From positions 192,001 to 256,000 of the forward strand of contig CAWFDF010000004.1 of the NCBI GenBank assembly GCA_963814585.1: a stretch of 64,000 nt of DNA. The letters are read 5' to 3'. A program made the translations under genes and the position numbers. The stretch's first letter is position 1; each line of letters begins with the position of its first letter. This DNA comes from an uncultured delta proteobacterium (GTDB taxonomy: Bacteria; Myxococcota; Myxococcia; Myxococcales; Anaeromyxobacteraceae). Shown one piece after another: positions 50,276 to 61,432 of this stretch. The notes beneath the pieces were generated by a model. The model had not been told where the DNA came from. It did no database searches and saw only the letters and a list, made by a program, of their open reading frames with translations.

Positions 50276-51820
50276 TCAGGCCGTGCACCAGCGTGGGCCG
50301 CGCCGCACCGCCGCGCCGCGCCCGGCCAGGAGCTCGAGGGCCGCGTCGACCCTCGCCGCAGGAGCGCCGCAGGCCCGCACCAGCTCCTCGGGCGTGCAGC
50401 CGCGCAGCGCGCCGCGGAGCTCCAGCAGCACCGCCGCCTCGAGCGCGCCACCGGCCGACGTCGGGCCGGGCGCCGGCGCCTCCAGCACCGCCACGGCGGC
50501 GCGGGCGCGGGGTGCGGGCGCGGCGGCGACCGGGCCGGGCGCGATGGGTGCCGCCGGCCGGATCGGGGCGGTGGCAGGCGCCACGGCGGCGGGCCCCGCG
50601 ACGCGTGTCGCGCCCACGGCCACGGTCACGGTCACGGCCGCCTGCGATGGCGACGGCCCGGGCGCCGACCCAGGTCGCGAGGCGGTGCGCTGGTACCGCT
50701 CCAGCGCGCGCCGCGCCGTGTCGCTGCTCCGGCCCGAGAGCGCCGCGGCGGCCGCGCGGGCCACGCCCGCGTCGGCGTCGCGGAGCGCGGCGGCCAGCGC
50801 CGCCTCGGCCACCTCGCCGCGTGCGAAGCCGAGCAGGACCGCGGCGCGCCGCCGGACCATGGGGCTCCCGTCGCCGAGGCCCCTGGCCAGCCGCGGCAGC
50901 GCCGCCTCCTGGGCCACCGCCGCCAGCGTCTCCAGCGCCGCGGCCCGGACCTCGGGGCGCGGGTCGGCGAGCTCGCGCGCCGCCAGGTCGGCGGCGAACG
51001 GCTCCTGGAACCGCCCCAGGGCCTCCAGCAGCGCCACCTTGACGCCGGCGTCCGGCTCCTGCCCCAGCGCCGAGGCCAGCAGCGGCGCCGAGGCCCGGGC
51101 GCCCAGCGCCGCCAGCTGCCGGATGGCCCGCCGGCGCGCCGCCGGCTCGCCCGCCGAGAGCTCGGCCATGGCCCGCTCGTGGAGGACCCGGTCGGCGCGG
51201 GTGGGGAGCGCCGCGGCCAGCGAGGTGGCGTCGGCGCGGGAGAGCCCGGTGCGGCCCGCGGCCTGGAAGTCCCCGGCCAGCGCGGAGACCGCCGCGGGGG
51301 CGGCGCCGTGGCGCGCCGAGGTGGCGGCCGTCGCCGGCAGGCCCGCCGAGGCGGCCGGCGCCATCCCGCGCGCCTCGGCGCTCGCCTTCCAGGCGCGCAG
51401 CGACACGATCTCGGCGCGCAGCTCGGCGATGAAGCCGGCCAGGTCGGAGCCGTCGGCGTCGGCCGGCGCCTCGCCCTCCTGGGCCGGGGCGCCGCCGAGA
51501 CGGGCCCGCTCCACCAGCCCGCCCATGAGCCGCTCGCGCTCGGTCTCCAGCAGGTCGATCCGCTCGGTGAGGTCGCGCTCGCGCAGCACCCAGGCGCCGT
51601 GATCGCCGCGCGCGGTGGCCAGCTCCTGGGTCAGCTCGGTCTCCCGGGCGCGGGAGTGCGCGGCGTCGGCGCGGGCCCGCTCCGCCACCTGGCGCGCCGC
51701 GGCCAGCTCCGACTCGAGCTGGGCGACCTTGCACTCGAAGTAGACGATCTTCTCCAGCACGCTCCGGAGCAGCTCTCCCGGATCGCTCGCGCTGTCGCCC
51801 GATGGCCGCCGCCCGTCCAT
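50276..51820 (-). CDS. pomY: PomY-like coiled-coil + HEAT-repeat protein
   Basis: N-terminal coiled coil (LEKIVYFECKV), HEAT repeats (DPRPEVRAAALE, DGSPMVRRRAA), Pro/Ala-rich tail. Confidence 0.78.
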   Translation of the reverse strand: MDGRRPSGDSASDPGELLRSVLEKIVYFECKVAQLESELAAARQVAERARADAAHSRARETELTQELATARGDHGAWVLRERDLTERIDLLETERERLMGGLVERARLGGAPAQEGEAPADADGSDLAGFIAELRAEIVSLRAWKASAEARGMAPAASAGLPATAATSARHGAAPAAVSALAGDFQAAGRTGLSRADATSLAAALPTRADRVLHERAMAELSAGEPAARRRAIRQLAALGARASAPLLASALGQEPDAGVKVALLEALGRFQEPFAADLAARELADPRPEVRAAALETLAAVAQEAALPRLARGLGDGSPMVRRRAAVLLGFARGEVAEAALAAALRDADAGVARAAAAALSGRSSDTARRALERYQRTASRPGSAPGPSPSQAAVTVTVAVGATRVAGPAAVAPATAPIRPAAPIAPGPVAAAPAPRARAAVAVLEAPAPGPTSAGGALEAAVLLELRGALRGCTPEELVRACGAPAARVDAALELLAGRGAAVRRGPRWCTA

Positions 51821-51885
51821 TCCCCGTCCACCCTCGCCACCCGAACGGATCCCGCCCTGATCACGGGATCTTGCTGCGATATCGG

Positions 51886-51914
51886 AGAGTAGCCGCTCGG
51901 ATCCGGGAAGGCAA
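51886..51914 (-). promoter_or_regulatory. sigma70-type promoter of the pomYZX-like operon
   Basis: Minus strand TTGCCT-17nt-TACTCT. Confidence 0.55.
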
Positions 51915-51955
51915 ATCCTCGACCGCGCTCCAGGGGCCGGGAGCGCCCGACCGCC

Positions 51956-53260
51956 TCAGCCCGGGGCGCGCTCCAGCCCGTGGCCACCGGGGCCCCGCTC
52001 GCGGCGCCAGAGCAGGAAGGAGAAGACGAAGCCGAGCGTGGAGAGGGCCGCCAGCATCCACATCACCGGCAGCCAGCCGCCCGGGTTGGCGGCGCTGGCG
52101 TGGGCCGCGTCCTTCACCGCGCCCATGCCCCAGACCATGCCCGCCCAGACCAGCTGCTGGCAGAAGGTCATGAGGGCGTACGCCGAGCCCAGCCGCTCCA
52201 CCGGCACCAGGTAGGTGACCGCCGGCCAGAGGACGGCGGGGACCAGCGCGAAGGCCAGGCCGAGCATCCCCATGGAGAGCTCGAGCGGGAGCCGGGTGTG
52301 GGCCATGAGCAGGAAGGGCGGCACCAGCAGGGCCGAGCCGACCAGCATGAAGAGCGCCCGCCGGCCGATCCGGTCGACCACGAAGCCGAAGATGGGCATG
52401 CCGATCATCGAGAACATCGGCAGGATCGACTTGAGCTGGCCGGCCCGCTCTGGCGTGACGCCGTGGGCGTCGATGAGGAAGAGGTTGGCGAAGGTGCGGA
52501 ACGGGAAGATGGAGGCGTAGAAGGCGACGCACAGCCCCACCACCCACCAGTAGCCCAGGTTGAAGCGGACCAGGTCGGAGAGCACCAGCTTGTCGGTGGC
52601 CCCGGCGCTGGCCACGGCGTACCGGCTGGCGGCGGTGCGCTCCAGGGCGGCGTAGGCGATGGCGAAGACCAGCCAGGCCAGGCCGAGCGCCGCCGCCAGC
52701 AGGAGCGGCGGCTGCCAGCCGGAGAAGAGCGGCTGGAAGAGGTCCGGCGACTGGTCGGCCACCCAGGAGCCCCCGCGCGCCACCAGCAGCTGGAGCGCCA
52801 GGGCGAACGAGATCTCCTTCCCCTTGAACCAGCGGCCCACCACCGTGGTCGAGGCCACGATGAAGAGCTCGGAGCCGATGCCGAGCAGGAACCGCCCCGC
52901 CATCATCCCGGCCCAGGGCGTGGCCGGGAAGAGCGCGGGCAGCACGGCGATGAGCAGCGTGCCCACGGCGCCGACGGCGGCGAAGAGGATGGCCGAGGCG
53001 GCCATGCCGATCCGGTCGATGAGCACGCCGCCGGCGATGAGCGTCAGCAGCGCCGCCACGTTGTAGCTGGTGTCGAGCAGGCCGAGCTGCTCGCCGGTGA
53101 CGCCGAAGGACTTCTCCAGCAGGGGCGCCACCGGGTAGAGCGCGTCGAAGGTGTAGTAGCAGCCGAACATGGCCAGGCTGCACGAGGCCAGCACCAGCCA
53201 GCGGTAGCCGGCCGGGGGCGGTGGGCGGGGGGTGGCCGTGACGGGGGGGGCGTCGGACAT
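51956..53260 (-). CDS. MFS transporter
   Basis: About 12 TM segments; GVLIDRIG and GFVVDRIGRR motif A; GRFLLGIGSE; WFKGKE. Confidence 0.9.
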   Translation of the reverse strand: MSDAPPVTATPRPPPPAGYRWLVLASCSLAMFGCYYTFDALYPVAPLLEKSFGVTGEQLGLLDTSYNVAALLTLIAGGVLIDRIGMAASAILFAAVGAVGTLLIAVLPALFPATPWAGMMAGRFLLGIGSELFIVASTTVVGRWFKGKEISFALALQLLVARGGSWVADQSPDLFQPLFSGWQPPLLLAAALGLAWLVFAIAYAALERTAASRYAVASAGATDKLVLSDLVRFNLGYWWVVGLCVAFYASIFPFRTFANLFLIDAHGVTPERAGQLKSILPMFSMIGMPIFGFVVDRIGRRALFMLVGSALLVPPFLLMAHTRLPLELSMGMLGLAFALVPAVLWPAVTYLVPVERLGSAYALMTFCQQLVWAGMVWGMGAVKDAAHASAANPGGWLPVMWMLAALSTLGFVFSFLLWRRERGPGGHGLERAPG

Positions 53261-53376
53261 GGGGGCGCAGCCTAGCACCCCAGGGGACGGGCCCCACCGA
53301 GGGCGTTCCCCGGGGCGGACGTGCGGAGCCGGGCGCGGCCGGTTAGGTGAGTCCCATCCACGAGGAGGAGACCCCC

Positions 53377-53925
53377 ATGGCCCTGGTTCGATCCGCAGCC
53401 CTGCTCGTCGTGCTGGCCTCGCCCGCCGCCCCGGCCATCGCCCTGGCCGCCGAGCCCGAGCAGCACATGGCACCCGCCGCCGAGACCCCCAGCCCCGACT
53501 TCGATCGGCTCAAGGCCATGGCCGGGACGTGGGAGGGAACGGCGAGCCATGGCGGGGACCAGAAGCCCACGGCCACGCGGGCCACGATCCAGGTGGTCTC
53601 CGCCGGCTCGGCGGTCATGCTGATCACCGATCCGGGGGCTTCGCACGAGATGGTCACCATGTTCCACCGCGATGGCGAGGCCCTGCTCGCCACCCACTAC
53701 TGTGCGGCCATGAACCAGCCGCGCATGAAGGCTCGCGCCGGCTCGCCGGCCGGAACCATCGCCTTCGAGTTCCTGGACGGCACCAACCTCGGCCCGCACC
53801 CTGGCCGGATGCAGGGGCTGGTGGTCACCGTGCCGGGGCCCGATCACCACACCCAGGCCTGGATCTTCCGCGCCGGCGGAAAGGACAGCACCTTGACCCT
53901 GGACCTGAAGCGCACCAGGGGCTGA
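53377..53925 (+). CDS. secreted protein of unknown function
   Basis: GAGGAG RBS, signal peptide, LKAMAGTWEG, THYCAAMNQPRM. Confidence 0.8.
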   Translation: MALVRSAALLVVLASPAAPAIALAAEPEQHMAPAAETPSPDFDRLKAMAGTWEGTASHGGDQKPTATRATIQVVSAGSAVMLITDPGASHEMVTMFHRDGEALLATHYCAAMNQPRMKARAGSPAGTIAFEFLDGTNLGPHPGRMQGLVVTVPGPDHHTQAWIFRAGGKDSTLTLDLKRTRG

Positions 53926-53951
53926 CGGCGCCAGTCCCCTGGTCAGAGCCC

Positions 53952-54680
53952 TCACCGGCGCTGGGCCTCGCCGGTCATGGGCACGAAGCGGACCAGGAGG
54001 AGGGACTTGCGGCTCAGACCCGCCGCGGTCCGCTCGACCCGCACCAGCTCCTGCACCCCCTCCTCGCCGATGGGGGCGACCAGCCGGCCGCCGACCGCCA
54101 GCTGGTCGAGCAGCGGCGGCGGGATCTCCAGCGGCGCCGCGGCCAGGAGGATGGCGTCGTAGGGAGCGCGCTCCGGCCAGCCGAAGTAGCCGTCGCCGGC
54201 GTGGACGTGGATGTTGCGGTACCCCAGCGCCTCCAGCCGCGCCGCGGCCTGCTGCGCCAGCGGCTCGACGAGATCGATGGTGTGGACCTCGCCGGCCAGC
54301 AGGGACAGCACCGCGGCCTGGTACCCCGAGCCGGTCCCGATCTCGAGCACCCGGGCGCCGGGCCTCAGCCGCGCCGCCTCGGCCGTCACCGCCACGATGT
54401 AGGGCTGGCTGATGGTCTGGCCGTGGCCGATGCCGAGCGGCCAGTCCGAGTAGGCCTGGCCGAGCAACGACGCCGGGACGAAGCGGTGGCGCTCCACGCG
54501 CCGCATGGCGTCGAGGACGCGCGGGTCGCGGATGCCGCGGGCCTCGATCTGCGTGGCCACCATGCGCAGCCGGGCCGCGGTGCTGGCCGCGTCCGCCTCG
54601 GCACCTGACGCTGCAGCCTCTGGCCACCCTGGCAGCCATCCCACCGGGACCACCTCGCTTCCCGGGGCCGACTTGACCAC
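53952..54680 (-). CDS. pcm: protein-L-isoaspartate O-methyltransferase
   Basis: [41 protein letters not shown]; start uncertain. Confidence 0.93.
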   Translation of the reverse strand: MVKSAPGSEVVPVGWLPGWPEAAASGAEADAASTAARLRMVATQIEARGIRDPRVLDAMRRVERHRFVPASLLGQAYSDWPLGIGHGQTISQPYIVAVTAEAARLRPGARVLEIGTGSGYQAAVLSLLAGEVHTIDLVEPLAQQAAARLEALGYRNIHVHAGDGYFGWPERAPYDAILLAAAPLEIPPPLLDQLAVGGRLVAPIGEEGVQELVRVERTAAGLSRKSLLLVRFVPMTGEAQRR

Positions 54681-54756
54681 CCGGCGTCGCGCTGGTCGAG
54701 GCCCCTGGGAGGTGGGTCCCTCCCGGGTGGCGGGATTCCAGGTCCGCCGCTCGGCC

Positions 54757-55602
54757 CTACCCCTCGTCGCTCCCCCCCATGGCCCGGTGCAGCCCGGGCG
54801 CCAGCGCCAGCGCCGCCAGCGCCAGCGCCACCCCGGCCACCACGTCGGCCACGTAGTGGACCTGGATGTAGACGGTGGCGAAGATCACCGCCGCCGCCCA
54901 GGCCCAGAGCGGCAGCGCCCAGCGCGGGAAGAGGCGCGTCCCCAGCGCCGCCGGCACCAGCGACAGGGCGGTGTGGCCGCTGGGGAAGGCGTCCAGGGTG
55001 GTGGCCTCGGCGGCGCGCAGGAAGGCTCGCACCGCGTGGGCGACGGCGCCGCCCCCCAGCACCAGGGCCTCGTCGGCGTGCGGCACGCGGGGGCCGGAGG
55101 CGGGCCAGAGGAAGTAGCCCAGGTAGGAGAGGTAGAAGGCCAGCAGCAGGGTGAAGACGGTCCGCTCGAAGGCGGCCGGCTCCCGCCAGGCCCGCGCCGC
55201 CACCGCCACGCCCACCGGGAGCAGGTAGTAGCTCCAGTAGGCGGCGTAGACGAGATCGGTGAACCAGTCCGGCCGCCCCAGGGCGCCACGCCAGGCCGCG
55301 GCGATCGGGGCGAACCAGCGGGCGTCCACCGCCGCCAGCAGCTGGTCGTAGCGGACCGGGTTGAGCGCCACGATGATCGGCTGGAGCAGCGAGAAGATGG
55401 CGACGACGATGGCCACCGGGGCGAAGTCGCGGAGCCAGCCGAGCGGGCCGGGCCGGTCCCCGGTCCGCGCCAGCGCCAGCACCACGGCCAGCAGGCCGGC
55501 CGTCGCCACCAGCCTCGGCCCCGCCTCGGGGGCCCGCGACGCGGCGGCCGCCGCGGAGAGCAGCAGCAGGGCCAGGGCCGTGAGCCGCTCCGAGCCCCTC
55601 AT
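54757..55602 (-). CDS. PAP2 superfamily membrane protein (Aur1/IPC-synthase-like)
   Basis: WPASGPR, AFPSGH, VHYVADV motifs; multiple TM segments. Confidence 0.85.
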   Translation of the reverse strand: MRGSERLTALALLLLSAAAAASRAPEAGPRLVATAGLLAVVLALARTGDRPGPLGWLRDFAPVAIVVAIFSLLQPIIVALNPVRYDQLLAAVDARWFAPIAAAWRGALGRPDWFTDLVYAAYWSYYLLPVGVAVAARAWREPAAFERTVFTLLLAFYLSYLGYFLWPASGPRVPHADEALVLGGGAVAHAVRAFLRAAEATTLDAFPSGHTALSLVPAALGTRLFPRWALPLWAWAAAVIFATVYIQVHYVADVVAGVALALAALALAPGLHRAMGGSDEG

Positions 55603-56480
55603 CGGCCCGCCGGCGGCGCGCCCACGCCGCCGGTCCAGGCCGGCTCGCCCTCGGGCGGGCCGAGGTGGCGGGTGGGGTCCTCCAGGATCTGCTGCACCAG
55701 GAGGAGCGAGCGGGCGCAGGAGTAGGCGTCGTCGATCCGCTCGTCGAAGGTCCAGCGGACCGAGAGCCCGTCGTCGACCACCACCCGGTCCCGCTCCACG
55801 AACGGGTGGCGCCGCGGCGCCGACACGGCGCCAAAGATGGAGACCGTCCCGTACTCATAGAGGTGGTGGTAGGCGTCGGAGACGCCCACCGAGCCGAGGT
55901 TCGCCAGGAACAGGCTGGCGTACATCGGGTCGTCCTTGATCATGAACCAGGGGTAGAGGTTCCAGCGGTCGAGCGCCCGGGCCAGCGCCACCAGCCCGGT
56001 GATGAGCGGCCCGGGCAGCCGCATCACCAGGCCGATCTCCCTGTCGACCCGCCGCTCGATCTCGCGGGCCTCGCCCACCAGCCCGGAGAAGCGCGCCGAG
56101 AAGGCCCGGAACGGCTCGCCCGGCGTGAGCTGCACCTTCACGGTCGCCTCCGCCCCCTCGTCGGAGAACTCCTCCTTGGCGATGAAGGAGACGGCCACGC
56201 CGCGCCGCTGGTAGATGCGCCCGCCGGAGACGAAGCGGTTGAGGCGGGGCCGGGCGTCGAGCACCACCGCGCAGGCGTAGGCGAGCAGCTGGAAGAGGGT
56301 GGCGCGCGGCCGGTGGGCACGGTTGTAGGCGCGAAGCCAGGCCCGGGCGGCGGCGATGCGGTAGGTGGTGTCCTGGAAGACGACGCTCTCGTTCCGGACG
56401 CGCATCAGGTACGGCATGATCAGGCGCGCCGGGACCTCGTCGCGGACCAGATCGCCATCGGGGCGGCGAAACAGGGGCAT
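55599..56480 (-). CDS. stand-alone 2-oxoacid dehydrogenase E2 catalytic-domain-like protein
   Basis: RPRLNRFVSG, FLANLGSVG, TFDERIDDA; no lipoyl domain; ATGA overlap with the PAP2 gene. Confidence 0.75.
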   Translation of the reverse strand: MPLFRRPDGDLVRDEVPARLIMPYLMRVRNESVVFQDTTYRIAAARAWLRAYNRAHRPRATLFQLLAYACAVVLDARPRLNRFVSGGRIYQRRGVAVSFIAKEEFSDEGAEATVKVQLTPGEPFRAFSARFSGLVGEAREIERRVDREIGLVMRLPGPLITGLVALARALDRWNLYPWFMIKDDPMYASLFLANLGSVGVSDAYHHLYEYGTVSIFGAVSAPRRHPFVERDRVVVDDGLSVRWTFDERIDDAYSCARSLLLVQQILEDPTRHLGPPEGEPAWTGGVGAPPAGR

Positions 56481-56538
56481 CCACGCAGGGTCGTGCCGGG
56501 GCCGGGGCGTGTCAAGGCGAGCCGGGCGCCCCGCCGCC

Positions 56539-56601
56539 GGACCAGAGAACCGGGCGTGCCGCGACCGCAGCTGGACCGGAGAGCCGGGCGTGCCGCGACC
56601 G
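56539..56601. repeat. two imperfect 29-bp direct repeats (34-bp period)
   Basis: GGACCAGAGAACCGGGCGTGCCGCGACCG and GGACCGGAGAGCCGGGCGTGCCGCGACCG; 17-mer core also at 41695-41711. Confidence 0.75.
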
Positions 56602-56632
56602 TTGCTCGACGGCACGCCCCCGGCGATCCCTC

Positions 56633-56813
56633 ATGGCGCCACTCACCTGGCCCGATCCCTGCTGCGGCGCTCGCTGCCTGGCTGCGCCGGGCGGACTCCT
56701 CCGTCCGCTGCTCAGCGGGCCACCAGCCCGCTTCCGCCACTCCGTCGTCGTGCGACCCGGCTCGCCGACGGCATCGTGTGCCTCGCGACGGGCTCAGGCC
56801 AGGCGAGGCGCTG

Positions 56814-56814
<1 letters not shown>
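56633..56814 (-). repeat. second ~180-bp fold-back element, same structural family as 1108-1288
   Basis: Shares GTCCGCTGCTCA-hairpin-CTTCCGC core at identical spacing; imperfect terminal stem CTCACCTGGCCCGATCCC / GGGCTCAGGCCAGGCGAG. Confidence 0.75.
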
Positions 56815-58157
<1,343 letters not shown>

Positions 58158-58279
58158 GGTGACTCCTGTGCTGCAACGGCGATGTGGTGGGACGGGGAGA
58201 TGGGGCGCGACGCCGCTCGTGCGGCGCGCGGTGGCGGCCTAGCAGGCGGCCGGCGGCGGCTGGGCGCGGAGGTTGGGGG

Positions 58280-59635
58280 TCACGACAGCACCGCCTCCAC
58301 GCTCTCGCGAAACACCTCGGTATGCAAGTCGACGTCGGCGGCGTTGGTGACCGGGCACATCAGCGCCATGTTGTGGAAGGGGGTCATGAGGACCCCGCGG
58401 TTGAGCGCGGCCAGGTGCATGTAGCGGTCGAGCTCGGCGTCCACCGCGGCGGCGGCCTCGCCGCCGTTGCGGGGCGCGGTGGCGCGGAACCAGTACTCGG
58501 CCCGGGCCCCCAGCCGCTTCACGATCCAGGGCAGGCCCTGCTCGGCGATGACGCCCTCGACGCCGGCGGCGAAGCGCTCGGCCAGCGGGATCATCCGGGC
58601 GTAGGCCGCCTCGGTGAGCACCTCGCCCAGCGTGGCCCGCATGGCGGCGACCGCCAGCGCGTTCCCGGCCAGCGTCCCGCCGATGCCGCCGGTGTCGGCG
58701 AGGTCCCGCGCGGTGGCCGCGCGCCACCGCGTCGCCACCTCCTCGGTGAACCCGTAGACCGCCGCCGGGATGCCCGAGGCGATGGCCTTGCCGACCGTGA
58801 CGAAGTCGGGCTCCAGCCCCCAGGCGAGGGTGCAGCCGCCCGGGCCGGCCGAGACGGTGTGGGTCTCGTCGATGACCAGCAGCGTGCCGTGCTTCCTGGT
58901 CAGGGCCCGCAGCGCGGCGTGGTAGCCCGGGTCGGGCAAGACGATGCCGATGTTGGTCATGGCCGGCTCGGCCAGCACGCAGGCCACGTCGCCGTGGGCC
59001 AGCGCCCGCTCCAGCGCCGCCAGGTCGTTGAACTCGACCACCCGGGTGGTGACGGCCGGGTCCACCGGCGGGCCGACGTTGCCGGCCCGCGGGCCGACGC
59101 GTCCGTCGGGGCCGAGCGTGGCGAAGGTCTCGTCGACGGTGCCGTGGTAGCACCAGTTGAAGACCAGCACCTTGGGCCGCCCGGTGATCTGCCGGGCGAT
59201 GCGGATGACGAACCGGTTGGCGTCGGTGGCGGTCATGGCCAGCTGCCACGACGGCAGCGAGAAGCGGCGGGACAGCTCGGCCGAGACCTCCAGCGCCTCC
59301 TCGGTGGGGAGCATGAAGGTGATGCCGCGATCGAGCTGCGCCTTGATGGCCACCAGCGCCGCGTCGGGGGCGTGGCCGGTCATGGCCCCGGTGTCGCCGA
59401 GGCAGAAGTCGACGTAGGTCCGGCCGTCGACGTCGGTGAAGCGCGCCCCCTTGGCCTGCTCCACGAAGAGCGGGAAGGCGCCGGCCCAGCGGGTCATCCA
59501 GCTCATGGGCACGCCGTCGTGCAGGTGCGCCTTGGCGCGCTCGAAGAGCTCCCGCGAGGTCCGGTGCTCCGCGGAGAAGCGGGCCTGCTCCGCCTTCAGG
59601 GCGGCCGCCAGGCGGTTGCGATCGATGGTCCTCAT
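58280..59635 (-). CDS. class III PLP aminotransferase (GSA-aminomutase-like subgroup)
   Basis: GVPMSWM, DFCLGDTGAMTGH, YHG, AEPAMTN, IDETHT, VGKAIASG, GGTLAGN. Confidence 0.85.
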   Translation of the reverse strand: MRTIDRNRLAAALKAEQARFSAEHRTSRELFERAKAHLHDGVPMSWMTRWAGAFPLFVEQAKGARFTDVDGRTYVDFCLGDTGAMTGHAPDAALVAIKAQLDRGITFMLPTEEALEVSAELSRRFSLPSWQLAMTATDANRFVIRIARQITGRPKVLVFNWCYHGTVDETFATLGPDGRVGPRAGNVGPPVDPAVTTRVVEFNDLAALERALAHGDVACVLAEPAMTNIGIVLPDPGYHAALRALTRKHGTLLVIDETHTVSAGPGGCTLAWGLEPDFVTVGKAIASGIPAAVYGFTEEVATRWRAATARDLADTGGIGGTLAGNALAVAAMRATLGEVLTEAAYARMIPLAERFAAGVEGVIAEQGLPWIVKRLGARAEYWFRATAPRNGGEAAAAVDAELDRYMHLAALNRGVLMTPFHNMALMCPVTNAADVDLHTEVFRESVEAVLS

Positions 59636-59660
59636 CTCGGCTTCCTTTCTGCCGGGCACG

Positions 59661-60476
59661 TCACCTGGACGCTCCGGCCACGTCCTCGGTGCCGCGCGTC
59701 AGCCACCAGGCGGCGAGGATGGGCAGTGCCGTCACCACCATCACCACCAGCGCCACCACGTTGGTGACCGGGACGTCGCGCGGCCGGCCCAGCTGGCCGA
59801 GCAGCCAGAGGGGCAGGGTCTGCTCGTGGCCGGCGGTGAAGGTGGTGACGATGATCTCGTCGAAGGAGAGGCCGAAGGCGAGGATGCCCCCGGCCAGCAG
59901 CGAGGTCCCCAGCTGCGGCAGGATCACGCGGCGGAAGGTCTGGAAGGTGTCGGCGCCCAGGTCCATCGAGGCCTCGATGAGGCTGGGCGGCAGCCGGCGC
60001 AGCCGCGCCACCACGTTGTTGTAGACCACCACCACGCAGAAGGTGGCGTGGCCGACGGCGATGGTCCAGAAGCCCGGATTGACGTGCCCCAGCCGGAAGG
60101 CGGAGAGCAGCGCGATGCCGGTGATGATCCCGGGCAGGGCGATGGGGAGGATGAAGATCAGCGTGATGGCGTCCTTCCCCGGAAACGGCCGGCGGGCCAG
60201 CGCCAGGGCCGCCGCGCTGCCGAGCAGCAGCGCGGCCACGGTGGCCACGGCGGCGATGCGGACGGAGAGCAGGATGGCCCGGACCACGTCGTCCCGGGCC
60301 GCGGCGCGGGCGAACCACTTGAGGGTGAGCCCCGGGGGCGGGAAGCTGAAGGCGCTCTCCTCGGTGCTGAAGGCGTAGAGGGCCACCACCAGGATGGGGA
60401 CATGGAGGAAGACCACCCCGCCCCAGGCGAGGAGACGGAGCCACCAGGGGGCGGGCGGGGCCTGGTCAGAGCGCAT
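59661..60476 (-). CDS. polyamine ABC transporter permease (YdcV/PotC-like)
   Basis: [30 protein letters not shown]. Confidence 0.92.
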   Translation of the reverse strand: MRSDQAPPAPWWLRLLAWGGVVFLHVPILVVALYAFSTEESAFSFPPPGLTLKWFARAAARDDVVRAILLSVRIAAVATVAALLLGSAAALALARRPFPGKDAITLIFILPIALPGIITGIALLSAFRLGHVNPGFWTIAVGHATFCVVVVYNNVVARLRRLPPSLIEASMDLGADTFQTFRRVILPQLGTSLLAGGILAFGLSFDEIIVTTFTAGHEQTLPLWLLGQLGRPRDVPVTNVVALVVMVVTALPILAAWWLTRGTEDVAGASR

Positions 60477-61428
60477 CGAAGGCTCCCAGCCGGCGCGCCA
60501 GCGCCAGGTAGAGGGCGACCACGACGATGGGGACGGCGGTGAAGGCGGCCGCCATGGGCACGTTCCCCACCGAGCCCTGAAGCGTGTAGACCATGGTGCC
60601 GACGAAGAGCCCGGGGGGGCCGATCAGCTGCGGGATGATGTAGTCACCCAGCGTGAGCGAGAAGGTGAAGATGGAGCCGGCCACCACCCCGGGGAAGGCC
60701 AGCGGCAGCAGCACGTTCCGGAAGGTCTGCCCCGGGCGCGCCCCCAGGTCGGCCGAGGCCTGCAGGAGGTTCTGCGGCACCCGCTCGATGGCCGCCTGCG
60801 TCGGCAGGATCATGTAGGGGAGCCAGACGTAGGTGAAGACCAGGAAGCGGCCGAGGTTGGAGGTGGAGAGCGACGAGCCGCCCACCACCGGCCAGGTGAG
60901 CACCTCGTCGAGGGCCCCGCGCAGGCCGAGCTGCCCGGCGAACCAGTAGATCAGGCCGCCCTTGGCGAGGATCACCGTCCAGGCGTAGGCCTTGACGATG
61001 TAGCTCGCCCACATGGGCAGCATCACCGCCACGTAGAGGAAGCCCTTCATCGACCCGGTGGCGTGGCGCGCCATGTAGTAGGCGATGGGGAAGGCCAGCG
61101 CCGCGCAGGCCAGCGTCACCGCCGTGGCCATGGCCAGCGTCCGCAGCACCACGTCGAGGTTGGCGGCGTCGAGGAGGGCGCGGTAGTTGGCCCAGGTGAG
61201 CTCGGGGACCACCGCCATGGTGAAGTCGTCGAAGGTGTAGGCGCTCTGCCAGACCAGCGCCAGGAGCGAGCCCAGGTAGACCACCCCGAACCAGAGCAGC
61301 GGCGGCGCCAGGAGCAGCAGCAGCGCCAGGGACCGGCGCCGGTAGAGGAAGCTGGAGAAGCGGCGCGGCAGCCCGCTCCACGCTGGCGCCGGGCTCGCGC
61401 CGGCGGCGGTGACGGCCGGGGGCGTCAT
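60466..61428 (-). CDS. polyamine ABC transporter permease (YdcU/PotB-like)
   Basis: [40 protein letters not shown]. Confidence 0.92.
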   Translation of the reverse strand: MTPPAVTAAGASPAPAWSGLPRRFSSFLYRRRSLALLLLLAPPLLWFGVVYLGSLLALVWQSAYTFDDFTMAVVPELTWANYRALLDAANLDVVLRTLAMATAVTLACAALAFPIAYYMARHATGSMKGFLYVAVMLPMWASYIVKAYAWTVILAKGGLIYWFAGQLGLRGALDEVLTWPVVGGSSLSTSNLGRFLVFTYVWLPYMILPTQAAIERVPQNLLQASADLGARPGQTFRNVLLPLAFPGVVAGSIFTFSLTLGDYIIPQLIGPPGLFVGTMVYTLQGSVGNVPMAAAFTAVPIVVVALYLALARRLGAFDAL

Positions 61429-61432
61429 GGCC

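Noticed and set aside
56539..56601. Mini-CRISPR from the two direct repeats
   Set aside because: Only two units, 5-nt spacer, no cas genes
58280..59635. Calling the aminotransferase hemL
   Set aside because: Lacks the GGVNSPVR and SWGP signatures; context is polyamine transport
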